Counted from the first letter of the stretch, positions 6,798 through 19,363 are shown. The stretch is DNA of 34,385 bases from Mariprofundaceae bacterium (GCA_015489095.1 WFMN01000145.1:1-34385), one strand, 5' to 3'. Translations and numbers: made by a program. Notes: generated by a model not told the origin, from the sequence alone.

Positions 6798-9387
6798 CCT
6801 CCTCCGGCAGCGCCGTCACCGCGTAGAGCGCGTCAAACAGCCGATCACGGCTCTCACGATCCAACGGCGCACCATCCATCCGTTCCAGAAAAAAGACATC
6901 CACCAACCGCTCGCCGAAGGTGGAGATCTGCGCCCCGTGGATGCGCATCCGGCAGCGATTGATCGCCACCGCTAGGTCGGCAAGGATGCCCGGGCGATCG
7001 GCGGCGGTCACCTCCACCACGCTGTAGTGGGTGGATGCCTGCGGCAACAGACGCACCGTGGGGGTCACCTGCCGCATCAACACATGCACCTTCCAACGGC
7101 GTGCGCTGCGATGGGGCGGCAGCGGATCGCTGGTCAACACCTTGGTGATCCGCGCGCGCAACCGGGTGAGATCCGAGGCCTCGTCGGGGATCGAGCCATC
7201 CATATTCTGCACCAGAAAGATATCGATGATGTTGCCATCATCCATATCGAACCCCTGCGCCGCCACCACCGACATGCCGCAACTGCTGAAGACACCGGCC
7301 AGCGCCGCGAACAGCCCGTTGCGGCTGCGGCTGTGGATCATCACCATGGTGCCGCCATGATCATGATCGACCACCGTCTCGACCCGATCCTGCTGCGCAC
7401 AGCCACCTAGGAAACGGGCAACCAGCGCCAAGCGGTGTTCGGAAAGATGACGCACGATGCCGGTCGGCAGCTTCGCCAACCCCGCCTCTGCCTGCGCCCG
7501 ATCATCGGGCGGCACGAGCGCCAACGCCGCCTGACGATGGCGTTCGATCCGTTCCAATCCCCCCTCGCCGATCGTCCGGTCGCCCAACAGCGCCTGCGCG
7601 GTGGCGTGGTAGAGATCAGCCAACAGCGACCCCTTCCACACCGTCCACACCTGCGGCCCCACGGCGGCGATATCGGCCACCGTCAGGCAGTAGAGATAAT
7701 CGAGCCGCTCGCGATGCTCCATCTGGTCGGCAAAATCGCCTACCACCTTGGGGTCGGAGATGTCGTAGCGCTGCGAGGTCAACGCCATCGTCAAATGGTG
7801 TTCCACCAGCCACGGCACCAGTTGGCACGCCTTCCGATCCAGACCCGCCTTGTGGCAGAAGTCGCGGGCGATCTCCGCTCCGACCTCGGAGTGGTCGCCC
7901 TCCATCCCCTTGGCGATGTCGTGAAAGATCAGCGCCAGATAGAGCAGTTCCGGGCGGGTAATGCGCGCCATCACCTCGGAGGCCAGCGGGGTACGGCATT
8001 CGCGCAGGCCGTGCTTGAAGTTGCGCGCCTCGGCCACCGCGCGGATGGTGTGTTCGTCCACGGTGTAGGCGTGGTAGCGGTTGAACTGCCCTAGGCCGAC
8101 CACCCGACGAAAGGCGGGGATAAACCGCCCCAGCACCCCGGTGTCGTTCATCGCCTTGACCGCCCACGCCACATTGCGGCGGTGGCGCAGAATCTCCATG
8201 AACACGGCATACGCCTCCGGCATCTGTCGCAATTCGTCATCGATCAGCAGCACATCGGCACGGATGCGGCGCAACACCCCGGAAGAGAGGTTGCGGTGCC
8301 CCTGCTGCGCCATGCGGAACACCTGCAGCAACCGCAGCGGCTGCTCGCGAAACACCGCCTCATGGCCGATCTCGATCCGTTCATTCACCTCGGTCAGGCC
8401 GTGTTCGATCGCATGGCTGCGGCCGAACACCCTAGGGTTGAGCAGCTCGTGGAAGTGCATGGTAATCATCCCCGACAGCCGCACCACCCGACCGGCGTGA
8501 CGGAAATAATCCTTCATAAAGTGTTCGACCGCCGGCCGCTTATCGCTGCGATACCCCATCCTCTCCGCCAGCAACGCCTGCTGTTCGAAACTTAAGCGAT
8601 CCCGCGCCCGACCCTGATGAAGGTGCAGCCCGATCCGGCAGCGCCACAGAAAGTCGTCGGCGGAAAGCAGTTGCTGCCGCTCGCGGATCGACAGCGCGCC
8701 CGACCCCACCAAATTACCGCCACCGGCAACCCCGTACCACGCCTTCGCCAACCAAAACAGGGTCTGGATGTCGCGCAAGCCGCCGATCCCCTCCTTGATG
8801 TCCGGCTCCATCAAAAAGGCCGTTTTTCCGGTGCGGGTGTGGCGCTGCTTCATCTCCTCCAGCTTGGCCTGCACAAACTGCTGTCGCCGCCGGCGGAAAA
8901 AGTTGGTGATGTTCTTCTGCAGCGAGCAAAACAGCTCACCGCGACCGAAGATCAGCCGCGCCTCCATCGCGGCGGTGGCGGTGTTCCAATCTTCGCGCAT
9001 CGCCGCCACGCATTCGCGCACGGTGCGCACCGCGTAACCGATCTTCAGCCCCATGTCCCACACGGCGTAGAGAAAGGGCTGCACCTTCTCCATCTCCGCC
9101 TTGTCCGCGCCGGCGGGGAACAGAAACCAGAGGTCGAGGTCGGAGCCCGGCGCCAGCTCGCCGCGGCCGAAACCGCCCACCGACACCAACTCCACCCGCC
9201 CGATCAACTCCGGCGCCAACTGGCGCCACAGCTTGCACAGCAGCACCTCCGTGCGATCGGAGAGCGCCTGCGCCATCTCCTGCCCGCTGGCGCCGACATC
9301 GAACATCTCTTGGATATATCGGCGGTTTTCCTCCAATTGCTTCCGAATCTGCTCCGGGTCGTGGGCATGGGGTATGGCGGTGCTCAT
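6781..9387 (-). CDS. glnD: Bifunctional [protein-PII] uridylyltransferase/uridylyl-removing enzyme
   Basis: From M62 of track ORF 6781..9570 (MSTAIPHAHDPEQIRKQLEE...). NTase motif GGFGRGELAPGSDLDLWFLF, HD domain (IFHDIAKG), and two C-terminal ACT-like segments. 868 aa. The longer track start would cross into the ilvE promoter/SD region. Confidence 0.9.
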   Translation of the reverse strand: MSTAIPHAHDPEQIRKQLEENRRYIQEMFDVGASGQEMAQALSDRTEVLLCKLWRQLAPELIGRVELVSVGGFGRGELAPGSDLDLWFLFPAGADKAEMEKVQPFLYAVWDMGLKIGYAVRTVRECVAAMREDWNTATAAMEARLIFGRGELFCSLQKNITNFFRRRRQQFVQAKLEEMKQRHTRTGKTAFLMEPDIKEGIGGLRDIQTLFWLAKAWYGVAGGGNLVGSGALSIRERQQLLSADDFLWRCRIGLHLHQGRARDRLSFEQQALLAERMGYRSDKRPAVEHFMKDYFRHAGRVVRLSGMITMHFHELLNPRVFGRSHAIEHGLTEVNERIEIGHEAVFREQPLRLLQVFRMAQQGHRNLSSGVLRRIRADVLLIDDELRQMPEAYAVFMEILRHRRNVAWAVKAMNDTGVLGRFIPAFRRVVGLGQFNRYHAYTVDEHTIRAVAEARNFKHGLRECRTPLASEVMARITRPELLYLALIFHDIAKGMEGDHSEVGAEIARDFCHKAGLDRKACQLVPWLVEHHLTMALTSQRYDISDPKVVGDFADQMEHRERLDYLYCLTVADIAAVGPQVWTVWKGSLLADLYHATAQALLGDRTIGEGGLERIERHRQAALALVPPDDRAQAEAGLAKLPTGIVRHLSEHRLALVARFLGGCAQQDRVETVVDHDHGGTMVMIHSRSRNGLFAALAGVFSSCGMSVVAAQGFDMDDGNIIDIFLVQNMDGSIPDEASDLTRLRARITKVLTSDPLPPHRSARRWKVHVLMRQVTPTVRLLPQASTHYSVVEVTAADRPGILADLAVAINRCRMRIHGAQISTFGERLVDVFFLERMDGAPLDRESRDRLFDALYAVTALPEEVADGA

Positions 9388-9475
9388 CGCATCAACCCTA
9401 CGAATCTGCAACCAACAGTCGAACTCGGAGCGCATCAAAGGTAGTGTCGCGGCTCTAAAACCACCTAGGAGCGAG

Positions 9476-10411
9476 ATGATGATCGATTTTTCGGATAGAG
9501 ACGGTTGGATTTGGTTCGATGGCGCAATGGTGCCGTGGCGCGAGGCCAAGGTGCACGTACTCACCCACACGCTGCACTACGGCATGGGGGTCTTCGAGGG
9601 GGTGCGCGCCTACCAGACCGACAAGGGACCGGCCATCTTCCGGCTCGATGACCACACGAGAAGGCTGTTCCAATCGGCGAAGATCATGAACATCCCGATG
9701 CCGTTCGATGCCGCCACCATCCGTCAGGCGCAGCTCGACGCGGTGGCAAAAAACAACCTACAGTCGGCCTACCTGCGGCCGATCGTCTTCTACGGTTCCG
9801 AAGGGATGGGGCTGAGGGCGGACAATCTCAGGCCGCATGTGGTGATCGCCGCCTGGGAATGGGGCGCCTACCTCGGCGAGGAGGGGCTGAACAACGGCAT
9901 TCGCATCCGTACCTCCTCCTACTCCCGCCACCATGTCAATGTCTCGATGTGCAAGGCCAAGGCGTGCGGCCACTACATCAACTCCATGCTGGCGCTGACC
10001 GAGGCGCTGCGCGACGGCTTCGACGAAACCCTGCTGCTGGATGTGGATGGTTTCGTGGCCGAGGGGAGCGGCGAAAACATCTTCATCCTGCGCGACGATG
10101 TGCTCTACACCCCGGATCTCACCTCCGCCCTCGACGGCATCACCCGGGCGACCATCATCCAACTGGCCACCGAAGGGGGAATCAAGGTGGTGGAGAAACG
10201 GATCACCCGTGACGAGGTCTATATCGCCGACGAGGTCTTCTTCACCGGCACCGCGGCGGAGGTCACCCCGATCCGCGAGGTGGATGGCCGCGTGATCGGC
10301 GATGGCAAGCCGGGTTCGGTGACCCGCGCGCTGCAGGATGCCTACTTTGACGCCGTCCGCGGGCGGGATACCGCCCGCCACCACTGGCTGTCGCTGGTGC
10401 ATCCGGAGTAG
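9476..10411 (+). CDS. ilvE: Branched-chain-amino-acid aminotransferase (class IV PLP)
   Basis: MMIDFSDRDGWIWFDGAMVPWREAKVHVLTHTLHYGMGVFEGVRAY...AKACGHYINSML...EGSGENIF...GITR...FFTGTAAEVTPI is co-linear with E. coli IlvE. AGGAG lies at 9467-9471. The track ORF is extended 125 codons upstream. Confidence 0.92.
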   Translation: MMIDFSDRDGWIWFDGAMVPWREAKVHVLTHTLHYGMGVFEGVRAYQTDKGPAIFRLDDHTRRLFQSAKIMNIPMPFDAATIRQAQLDAVAKNNLQSAYLRPIVFYGSEGMGLRADNLRPHVVIAAWEWGAYLGEEGLNNGIRIRTSSYSRHHVNVSMCKAKACGHYINSMLALTEALRDGFDETLLLDVDGFVAEGSGENIFILRDDVLYTPDLTSALDGITRATIIQLATEGGIKVVEKRITRDEVYIADEVFFTGTAAEVTPIREVDGRVIGDGKPGSVTRALQDAYFDAVRGRDTARHHWLSLVHPE

Positions 10412-10448
10412 CCACCCTATCACGGGGTGACGGCCGGTTGACCGTACG

Positions 10449-11876
10449 ATGAAGCGGTTTCTCCGCTGGTGGAGCGGGCTGTTTCGCACCTTCCGCGGCC
10501 GGTTGGCGCTCACCTATATCGCGGTGGAGCTCTCCATCCTGCTGCTGTCGGGCGTGCTGGTCTATTGGCTGCTCACCGCCCAGATCTACCGCGAGATCGA
10601 TGAGCGCATCGCGCTGCAATGCGCGACACTGGTGGCGGAGATGGAGCGCTCCAGCGAACGCTTCTGGCCGTTCCATCTGGAGCAGTTCGCCAAACATTTT
10701 CCCGGCACCCTGCAACTGGTCAACTCGCTGGGCGAGGTGCTCTACGCCAGTGACCGGCAGATCATCCGCCACGGCGGAGAGAAGGTGCCGAAGGCGCTCG
10801 CGCGCGCCATGCGCGAAGAGAATCCCACCTTCGTCTCCACCGATTCGCTGCTGAAAAAGGCGAACATGCGCGTGGTCTCCATGCCGGTACACCGCAATGG
10901 CCAGGTGGTGGCGGTGGTGATGTTGGGGCGCAGCACCGAGGATGTGCGCGAGGTGATGCAGAAGCTCTACATGCTGGGAGGGGTGTTGGGGCTGATCTCG
11001 ATGTTGATCAGCGGCTGGGTGGGCTACATCATCGCCGGGCGCGCCTACAGCCCGCTGCGGCAGATCATCCGCACCGCCAAGGCGGTCGCCGCCGGCGACC
11101 TAAGCCGCCGGCTGAAACCGCGCGGCGACGACCCGGAGATGCAGTCGCTGGAGCTGGCGCTCAACAAGATGTTCAGCGAGCTGGAGGCCAGCTTCGCCGC
11201 CCAGAAGCGCTTCACCGCCGATGCTTCCCACGAGCTGCGCATCCCGCTGACCATCCTGAAGGGCGAGGTGGAGGTGGCGCTGCGTCATCCGCGCAGCAGC
11301 GAGGAGTACCAAGCCCACCTGCGCCAGCATCTGGAGATGATCAGCCGCATGCAGCGCATCGTGGACGACCTGCTCACACTGGCACGCGCCGACGCCGGGC
11401 AACTGGAGCTGGTGCAGGAGGAGGTCGATCTCACCCTGCTCCTGCAGGAGGTGGGGCAGCACCATCTCATCCTTTTCGCCAAGGATCAGATCTCGCTGGA
11501 GATGGATATCGAGGAGGGGCTCACGGTCAGCGGCGACCCCCGCCAGTTGGAACGGGTGATCTACAACCTGCTGAACAACGCCTACAAGCACGCTCCGCAG
11601 CGCTCGTCGGTCTATCTCCACGCCAGAAGCGAAGGGGGATCGGTGCACATCCATGTACGCGACGAGGGCGAAGGGATCGCCCCCGAACATATTGAGAAGC
11701 TGTTTGTCCGCTTCTTCCGCGCCGACGACTCCCGTGTGCGTCAGCAGGCCAACAGCGGCGCGGGTCTGGGGTTGGCCATCTGCAAGCACATCGTCCACGC
11801 CCACGGTGGCTCCATCCGGGTGGAGAGCTCCCCCGGCATGGGCGCGGAGTTCATCATCACCCTACCGCGGGCGTAG
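10449..11876 (+). CDS. Sensor histidine kinase (two TM, HAMP, HisKA, HATPase); no cognate response regulator adjacent
   Basis: H-box FTADASHELRIPLT, N-box NLLNNAYKHA, G-boxes RDEGEGI and GAGLGLAICK. HAMP-like segment PLRQIIRTAKAVAAGDLSRRL. Confidence 0.9.
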   Translation: MKRFLRWWSGLFRTFRGRLALTYIAVELSILLLSGVLVYWLLTAQIYREIDERIALQCATLVAEMERSSERFWPFHLEQFAKHFPGTLQLVNSLGEVLYASDRQIIRHGGEKVPKALARAMREENPTFVSTDSLLKKANMRVVSMPVHRNGQVVAVVMLGRSTEDVREVMQKLYMLGGVLGLISMLISGWVGYIIAGRAYSPLRQIIRTAKAVAAGDLSRRLKPRGDDPEMQSLELALNKMFSELEASFAAQKRFTADASHELRIPLTILKGEVEVALRHPRSSEEYQAHLRQHLEMISRMQRIVDDLLTLARADAGQLELVQEEVDLTLLLQEVGQHHLILFAKDQISLEMDIEEGLTVSGDPRQLERVIYNLLNNAYKHAPQRSSVYLHARSEGGSVHIHVRDEGEGIAPEHIEKLFVRFFRADDSRVRQQANSGAGLGLAICKHIVHAHGGSIRVESSPGMGAEFIITLPRA

Positions 11877-11881
11877 GAGAC

Positions 11882-12555
11882 CTACCCCAACAGACCCAAC
11901 AGCACCGCCGCCAGCATCAGCAGCCCCAGCTCGCTCCACTCCACGCCGGCGTGGATGGCGGCGCCGCGCATGCCGCCTAGGCGGTTGCGCAGCAGCCAGT
12001 ACCACACGGCGATCACCAGCGGCGCCAACCACATCAGCGGCGACAGCGCCCCACCCAGCAACCACAGCGCCAACGCCCAGAAGCCGGTGGCGTTCCCCTC
12101 CTGCTGCGCGTTGTCATACAGCGACTGCGCCACCGTGTCGTCGGCGGCCGGAGGAATGGAGGCGACACACCACGCGGCGCCTAGGCGCGCCCATGCCGGA
12201 ATCAACACCAACGCCCACCACTGGCCGGCGCGAATCAACAGCATCAGCAGCACCAGCTTGGCCGCCACCAGCAGCGCGGTCTGCAACGCGCCGCCGGCCG
12301 GCGCGCCGGCGCAGCGATCCGCCATCGCCGCCGCCCCGACCACATGCGCGCCGCCATTCACCCCGTACCAGGCTAACAGAGCGACCACCGCCCCGAGCCA
12401 GGGGTCGATACCACCACCGATCTTGCCGACCACCATCACCAGCAGCCCGATGGTCAGTCCAATCACCGGAAACCAATCCCTACCGACGGCGAAATCGTGC
12501 GCCTCTCCGCTCGAAGGATCCCGTGTCAGTAACGAAAATGCACTACAACAACCCG

Positions 12556-12562
<7 letters not shown>
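11882..12562 (-). CDS. CobS-like membrane protein (adenosylcobinamide-GDP ribazoletransferase family, divergent)
   Basis: AFSLLTRDPS...FPVIGLTIGLL...NGGAHVVGAAAMADRCAG...LGGMRGAAIHAGVEWSELGLLML aligns by eye with E. coli CobS (FISRLPV...FPLIGLLLG...GGFHLDGLADTCDG...LGGQTGDTLGAAIELGEL). Several conserved Asp positions are replaced. Codon usage is coding-like (GC3-rich). Confidence 0.55.
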
Positions 12563-14530
<1,968 letters not shown>

Positions 14531-14609
14531 TAACCATTCATCTCATCCCATGTTTTGCCCGATACCTGCGTTGAAAACTGCTCATGTGCGAATAAGCACA
14601 CTGCGCGTT

Positions 14610-14654
14610 TTCGCCTTGCTATCGAACAAACCACGGGCGATCTGAACGGTTACG
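14610..14654 (+). repeat. 45-nt conserved intergenic element, copy 2
   Basis: TTCGCCTTGCTATCGAACAAACCACGGGCGATCTGAACGGTTACG. 41/45 identical to the reverse complement of 575..619. It lies 27 nt upstream of the CBS-protein GTG, in the same orientation as that gene. Confidence 0.85.
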
Positions 14655-14681
14655 GTTATCAAATACAAGGGAGACGACATC

Positions 14682-15146
14682 GTGAAAACAGCAGCGGATA
14701 TTATGAACCCCAACCCACCTTACTGCGAGGCCGACACCCCGATTGCGACGCTGGCCGCCCGCTTCAACGATGAGGCGATCAGCGGCGTGCTGGTGGTCGA
14801 TGAGGAGCGGCGCCTGCTCGGGGTGGTCACCGAAAGCGATCTGGTCGATCGTCAGGCCAGCCTCCATATCCCGACCGCGCTGGCGATCTTCGACATGGTG
14901 ATCCCGCTGGGGGAGCAGCGCTTCGAGCGCGAGGTGGAGCGGCTCAAGGCGATGACCGCCGCCGATCTACTGGAGGCACTGCCGAAAACCATCACCCCGG
15001 ACACCTCGCTGGATGCCATCGCATCGTTGATGGAGGACGCCCATATCCATCACCTGCCGGTGGTGGATGACGACAACACCATCGTCGGTATGGTGACCAA
15101 ACGGGAGCTGATCCGCGCGCTGGCGGCGCGCCCGACCGCATCGTAA
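14682..15146 (+). CDS. CBS domain-pair protein
   Basis: 154 aa with two CBS repeats (ISGVLVVDEERRLLGVVTESDLV and IHHLPVVDDDNTIVGMVTKRELIRAL). GTG start with AAGGGAGA 7 nt upstream. Confidence 0.85.
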   Translation: MKTAADIMNPNPPYCEADTPIATLAARFNDEAISGVLVVDEERRLLGVVTESDLVDRQASLHIPTALAIFDMVIPLGEQRFEREVERLKAMTAADLLEALPKTITPDTSLDAIASLMEDAHIHHLPVVDDDNTIVGMVTKRELIRALAARPTAS

Positions 15147-15163
15147 CCGCAGAGGGCGATGGC

Positions 15164-15577
15164 GTGCTGCTCGGCGATGAGGAGGCCACCATCGCCGCCG
15201 CCCGCGCGCTGGCAGCGGAAATCACACCCGGAACCTGCCTCGCGCTCCACGGCGAGCTTGGCGCCGGAAAAACCTTCTTCTCCCGCGCATTGATGCGTGC
15301 AATGGGAGTCAAGGATGAAGCAATCCCCAGCCCTACCTACGCCATCATCCAGCCCTACCAAGGCGACCGTTTCCCCATCGCCCACATGGATTGGTACCGC
15401 ATCGACGATGCCGATGAACTGCTGACCATCGGGGTGGAGGAGTACCTGCAACCGCCTTGGGTCGCCGTGATTGAGTGGCCGGAGCGCGCGCCCAGCCTGC
15501 TGCCGCCATCCACCCGCCACCTCACGCTCACCATCGACCCCCGCCGCCCCAATGCGAGGCACCTCGACATCGGCTAG
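15164..15577 (+). CDS. tsaE: tRNA t6A37 biosynthesis ATPase TsaE (YjeE)
   Basis: Walker A GELGAGKT, SPTYAI, and HMDWYR (the HxDxYR motif of the family). 137 aa with a GTG start. Confidence 0.85.
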   Translation: MLLGDEEATIAAARALAAEITPGTCLALHGELGAGKTFFSRALMRAMGVKDEAIPSPTYAIIQPYQGDRFPIAHMDWYRIDDADELLTIGVEEYLQPPWVAVIEWPERAPSLLPPSTRHLTLTIDPRRPNARHLDIG

Positions 15578-15611
15578 GGTTGCCGCCATGAACAATTTAC
15601 AACAAGACGAC

Positions 15612-15681
15612 GGATTCGGGGAAAGGATTCCCCTCCTACCGACTGTAGGAGCGGTTTCCAACCGCGAATCGCCACGGACGG
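15612..15681 (+). repeat. REP doublet (REPIN/BIME-like), copy C
   Basis: GGATTCGGGGAAAGGATTCCCCTCCTAC-cgac-TGTAGGAGCGGTTTCCAACCGCGAATCGCCACGGACGG, between tsaE and metH. Three consecutive hairpins are possible: GGGGAA/TTCCCC, CTCCTAC/GTAGGAG and GCGGTT/AACCGC. Confidence 0.9.
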
Positions 15682-15691
15682 ACTTGTTGCG

Positions 15692-18600
15692 ATGGGATCA
15701 ACCATGAACCGCAGCCAACTGTTCCACCACCTGCTCAGCCAACGCATCCTGCTTCTGGACGGCGCCATGGGCACCATGATCCAGCGTCACAAGCTGGAGG
15801 AGGCCGACTACCGCGGCAGCCGCTTCGCCGACTGGCCGAGCGAGCTAAAAGGCAACAACGATCTGCTCTCGCTCACCCAGCCGCAGATCATCCGTGACAT
15901 CCACACCGCCTACCTCGACGCCGGCGCCGATATCTTGGAGACCAACACCTTCAACGCCAACGCCGCCTCGATGGCCGACTACGGCATGGAATCATTGGTG
16001 TATGAGCTCAACCGGGCGGGGGCGGCGCTGGCACGCGAGGCCGCCGACCGGGTGGCAACCGAGGAAAAACCCCGTTTTGTCGCCGGTGTGCTGGGGCCGA
16101 CCTCGCGCACCTGCTCGATCTCGCCCGATGTCAACGATCCCGGCTTTCGCAACATCACCTTCGACGAACTGGTCGCCACCTACAGCGAAGCAACCCGCGG
16201 CCTGATCGACGGCGGCGCCGACCTCATCCTCATCGAAACGGTGTTTGACACCCTCAACGCCAAGGCGGCCGTCTTCGCCGTCAAGCGCTTCTTTGCCGAG
16301 CAGGGGATCACGCGCCCGATCATGATCTCCGGCACCATCACCGACGCCTCCGGCCGCACCCTCTCCGGCCAGACCGCCACCGCCTTCTACAACTCACTGG
16401 TGCACGCCGAGCCGGTCTCCATCGGTCTCAACTGCGCGCTCGGCGCCGCCGAATTGCGCCAATACATCGAGGAGCTCTCCAACACCGCCTCCTGCGCCAT
16501 CAACGCCCACCCCAACGCCGGGCTACCCAACGCCTTCGGCGGCTACGACGAAACCCCGGAGGATATGGCAGCCGAGATCCGCGAGTGGGCCAAGTCCGGC
16601 TTTCTCAACATCATCGGCGGCTGCTGCGGCACGGGACCCGAACATATCCGCGCCATGGCCGAGGCGGTCGCCGGCATCCCACCGCGCCCGAAACCTACGC
16701 GCACGCCGTTCTGCCGCCTCTCCGGCTTGGAGCCGCTTCACATCACCACCGATTCGCTGTTCGTCAATGTCGGCGAGCGCGCCAATGTCACCGGCTCCGC
16801 CCGCTTCAAGCGGCTGATTATGGCGGGCGATTACGCCACCGCGCTCGATATCTGCCGCGAGCAGGTGGAAAACGGCGCCCAGATCATCGACATCAACATG
16901 GACGAGGCGATGCTCGACGGCGTGGAGGCGATGACCACCTTTCTCAACCTGATCGCCGCCGAGCCCGACATCTCCAAGGTGCCGGTGATGCTCGACTCCT
17001 CCAAATGGGAGATTATCGAGGCCGGGCTAAAGTGCATTCAGGGCAAGGGGGTAGTCAACTCGATCTCACTCAAGGAGGGGGAGGAGCCCTTCATCGCCCG
17101 CGCCAAGCTGCTGCGCCTGTATGGCGCCGCTGTCATTGTGATGGCCTTCGATGAGCAGGGGCAGGCCGACAGCTACGCGCGCAAGATCGAGATCTGCCAA
17201 CGCTCCTACACCATTCTGGTGGAGCAGGTCGGCTTTCCGCCGGAGGATATCATCTTCGACCCCAACATCTTCGCCATCGCCACCGGCATCGAGGAGCACA
17301 ACAACTACGCCGTCGATTTCATCGAAGCGACCGGCTGGATCAAGCAGCACCTGCCCTACGCCATGGTCTCCGGCGGCGTCTCCAATGTCTCCTTCTCCTT
17401 CCGCGGCAACAATCCGGTGCGCGAGGCGATCCACTCGGTCTTCCTCTACCACGCCATCAAGCGGGGAATGACGATGGGCATCGTCAACGCCGGGCAGCTG
17501 GCGGTCTATGACGATCTGCCGCGGGAGCTGCGCGACCGGGTGGAGGATGTGGTGCTCAACCGTCGCCCCGATGCCACCGAGCGGCTGCTGGAGATCGCCG
17601 ACAACTATCGCGGCGACGGCACCACCGCCAAGAAGGAGGATGACGCCTGGCGCAAGCTGCCGGTGGCCAAACGGCTGGAGCACGCGCTGGTCAAGGGAAT
17701 CGACACCTTTGTTGACGAAGACACCGAAGAGGCGCGGCAGGCGTTTTCCACCCCGATCGAGGTGATCGAAGGCCCCTTGATGGATGGCATGAATGTGGTC
17801 GGCGACCTCTTCGGCGACGGCAAGATGTTCCTGCCGCAGGTGGTGAAAAGCGCGCGGGTGATGAAAAAGGCGGTCGCCTACCTGATGCCCTATATCGAGG
17901 CGGCCAAGACGGAGGGGAGCGACAGCTCCAACGGCAAGGTGTTGATGGCAACGGTGAAGGGCGATGTGCACGATATCGGCAAGAATATCGTCGGTGTCGT
18001 CTTGCAGTGTAACAACTTCGAGGTGATCGACCTCGGGGTGATGGTGCCGGCGACCACCATCCTGGATACCGCCAAGCGCGAAGCGGTGGACATCATCGGC
18101 CTCTCCGGGCTGATCACCCCCAGCCTCGATGAGATGGTGCATATCGCCAAGGAGATGACGCGGCTCGGCTTCACCACCCCGATCATGCTGGGCGGCGCTA
18201 CCACCTCGAAAGCGCATACCGCGGTCAAGATCGCGCCGGAATACGACCATCCGGTGGTATGGGTCAAGGACGCCTCGCGGGCGGTGGGGGTGGCGCAGAA
18301 CCTCATTTCTGCCGCCCACCGTGCTGACTTTGTGCAGAAAACCCGCGATGAATACAAAGCGGTGCGCGACCGTTATCTAGGAAGACAACAGCAGATCGCT
18401 TGGCTGCCGCTGGCGGCCGCCCGCGCCAACCGTGTGCAGATCGACACCGCAGCCCTCCCCCCGGCGCCCAACAGCAGTGGCGTCACGGTGCTGGATCCGA
18501 TCGATCTGCGCGAGATCCGTCGCTACATCGACTGGACCCCCTTCTTTTCGGCGTGGGAGATGAACGGCGCCTACCCCCGCATCCTCTCCGACCCCCACAA

Positions 18601-19363
18601 GGGCAAAGAGGCACAGAAGCTGTTCGACGAGGGTCAGGCGTGGCTCGATCGCATCATCAACGAGGGGTGGTTCCGTGCCAAGGCGGTATTCGGCCTCTTC
18701 CCCGCCCGTCGCACCGAAAACGACAGCGTCATCGTCTATGAAGACGACGACCAGCAGCGGGAGCTAACCCGTTTTCACTTCCTGCGCCAACAGCAGGACA
18801 AAAAGGACAGCCGCGCCAACCTCTGTCTCGCCGACTTCGTGGCGCCATGCGGTGGTGACCATCTCGGCGCCTTCGCGGTCGCCATCTTCGGCGCCGAGGA
18901 GCGTGCCAAGCGGTTCGAGGCCGACAACGACGACTACCACGCCATCATGACCAAGGTGCTGGCCGATCGGCTGGCGGAGGCGCTGGCGGAGCTGCTTCAC
19001 CACCGCGTGCGCACCCGTGACTGGGGCTACGCCGCCGATGAATCACTCTCCATCGATGCGATGATTCACGAGCAGTATCAGGGCATTCGCCCGGCGGCGG
19101 GCTACCCCGCCTGCCCGGAGCACAGCGAAAAGGGAACCTTGTGGCGCCTGCTCGGCGTCGAGGAGGCGATCGGCGTCAAGCTCACCGAGAGCTACGCCAT
19201 GCTACCGGCGGCGGCGGTCTCCGGCCTCTACTTCGCCAACCCGGAGGCGCGCTACTTCACCGTCGGCGCCATCAACCGCGATCAGGTGGAGGATTACGCC
19301 GCGCGCAAGGGGATGACCGTCGCCGAGGCGGAGCAGTGGCTGGCGCCCAATCTGGGCTACTGA
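15692..19363 (+). CDS. metH: Cobalamin-dependent methionine synthase
   Basis: 1223 aa. It has an Hcy-binding domain ([13 protein letters not shown]...GGCCGT), a pterin-binding domain, the B12-binding DxHxxG motif ([12 protein letters not shown]) and a C-terminal AdoMet activation domain. An alternative ATG is at 15704. Confidence 0.95.
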   Translation: MGSTMNRSQLFHHLLSQRILLLDGAMGTMIQRHKLEEADYRGSRFADWPSELKGNNDLLSLTQPQIIRDIHTAYLDAGADILETNTFNANAASMADYGMESLVYELNRAGAALAREAADRVATEEKPRFVAGVLGPTSRTCSISPDVNDPGFRNITFDELVATYSEATRGLIDGGADLILIETVFDTLNAKAAVFAVKRFFAEQGITRPIMISGTITDASGRTLSGQTATAFYNSLVHAEPVSIGLNCALGAAELRQYIEELSNTASCAINAHPNAGLPNAFGGYDETPEDMAAEIREWAKSGFLNIIGGCCGTGPEHIRAMAEAVAGIPPRPKPTRTPFCRLSGLEPLHITTDSLFVNVGERANVTGSARFKRLIMAGDYATALDICREQVENGAQIIDINMDEAMLDGVEAMTTFLNLIAAEPDISKVPVMLDSSKWEIIEAGLKCIQGKGVVNSISLKEGEEPFIARAKLLRLYGAAVIVMAFDEQGQADSYARKIEICQRSYTILVEQVGFPPEDIIFDPNIFAIATGIEEHNNYAVDFIEATGWIKQHLPYAMVSGGVSNVSFSFRGNNPVREAIHSVFLYHAIKRGMTMGIVNAGQLAVYDDLPRELRDRVEDVVLNRRPDATERLLEIADNYRGDGTTAKKEDDAWRKLPVAKRLEHALVKGIDTFVDEDTEEARQAFSTPIEVIEGPLMDGMNVVGDLFGDGKMFLPQVVKSARVMKKAVAYLMPYIEAAKTEGSDSSNGKVLMATVKGDVHDIGKNIVGVVLQCNNFEVIDLGVMVPATTILDTAKREAVDIIGLSGLITPSLDEMVHIAKEMTRLGFTTPIMLGGATTSKAHTAVKIAPEYDHPVVWVKDASRAVGVAQNLISAAHRADFVQKTRDEYKAVRDRYLGRQQQIAWLPLAAARANRVQIDTAALPPAPNSSGVTVLDPIDLREIRRYIDWTPFFSAWEMNGAYPRILSDPHKGKEAQKLFDEGQAWLDRIINEGWFRAKAVFGLFPARRTENDSVIVYEDDDQQRELTRFHFLRQQQDKKDSRANLCLADFVAPCGGDHLGAFAVAIFGAEERAKRFEADNDDYHAIMTKVLADRLAEALAELLHHRVRTRDWGYAADESLSIDAMIHEQYQGIRPAAGYPACPEHSEKGTLWRLLGVEEAIGVKLTESYAMLPAAAVSGLYFANPEARYFTVGAINRDQVEDYAARKGMTVAEAEQWLAPNLGY

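Noticed and set aside
14560-14605. Possible terminator after thiC (tgtgc-gaataa-gcaca followed by ctgcgcgttttcgcc).
   Set aside because: The stem is only 5 bp and the T-run is separated and interrupted. That is too weak to call.
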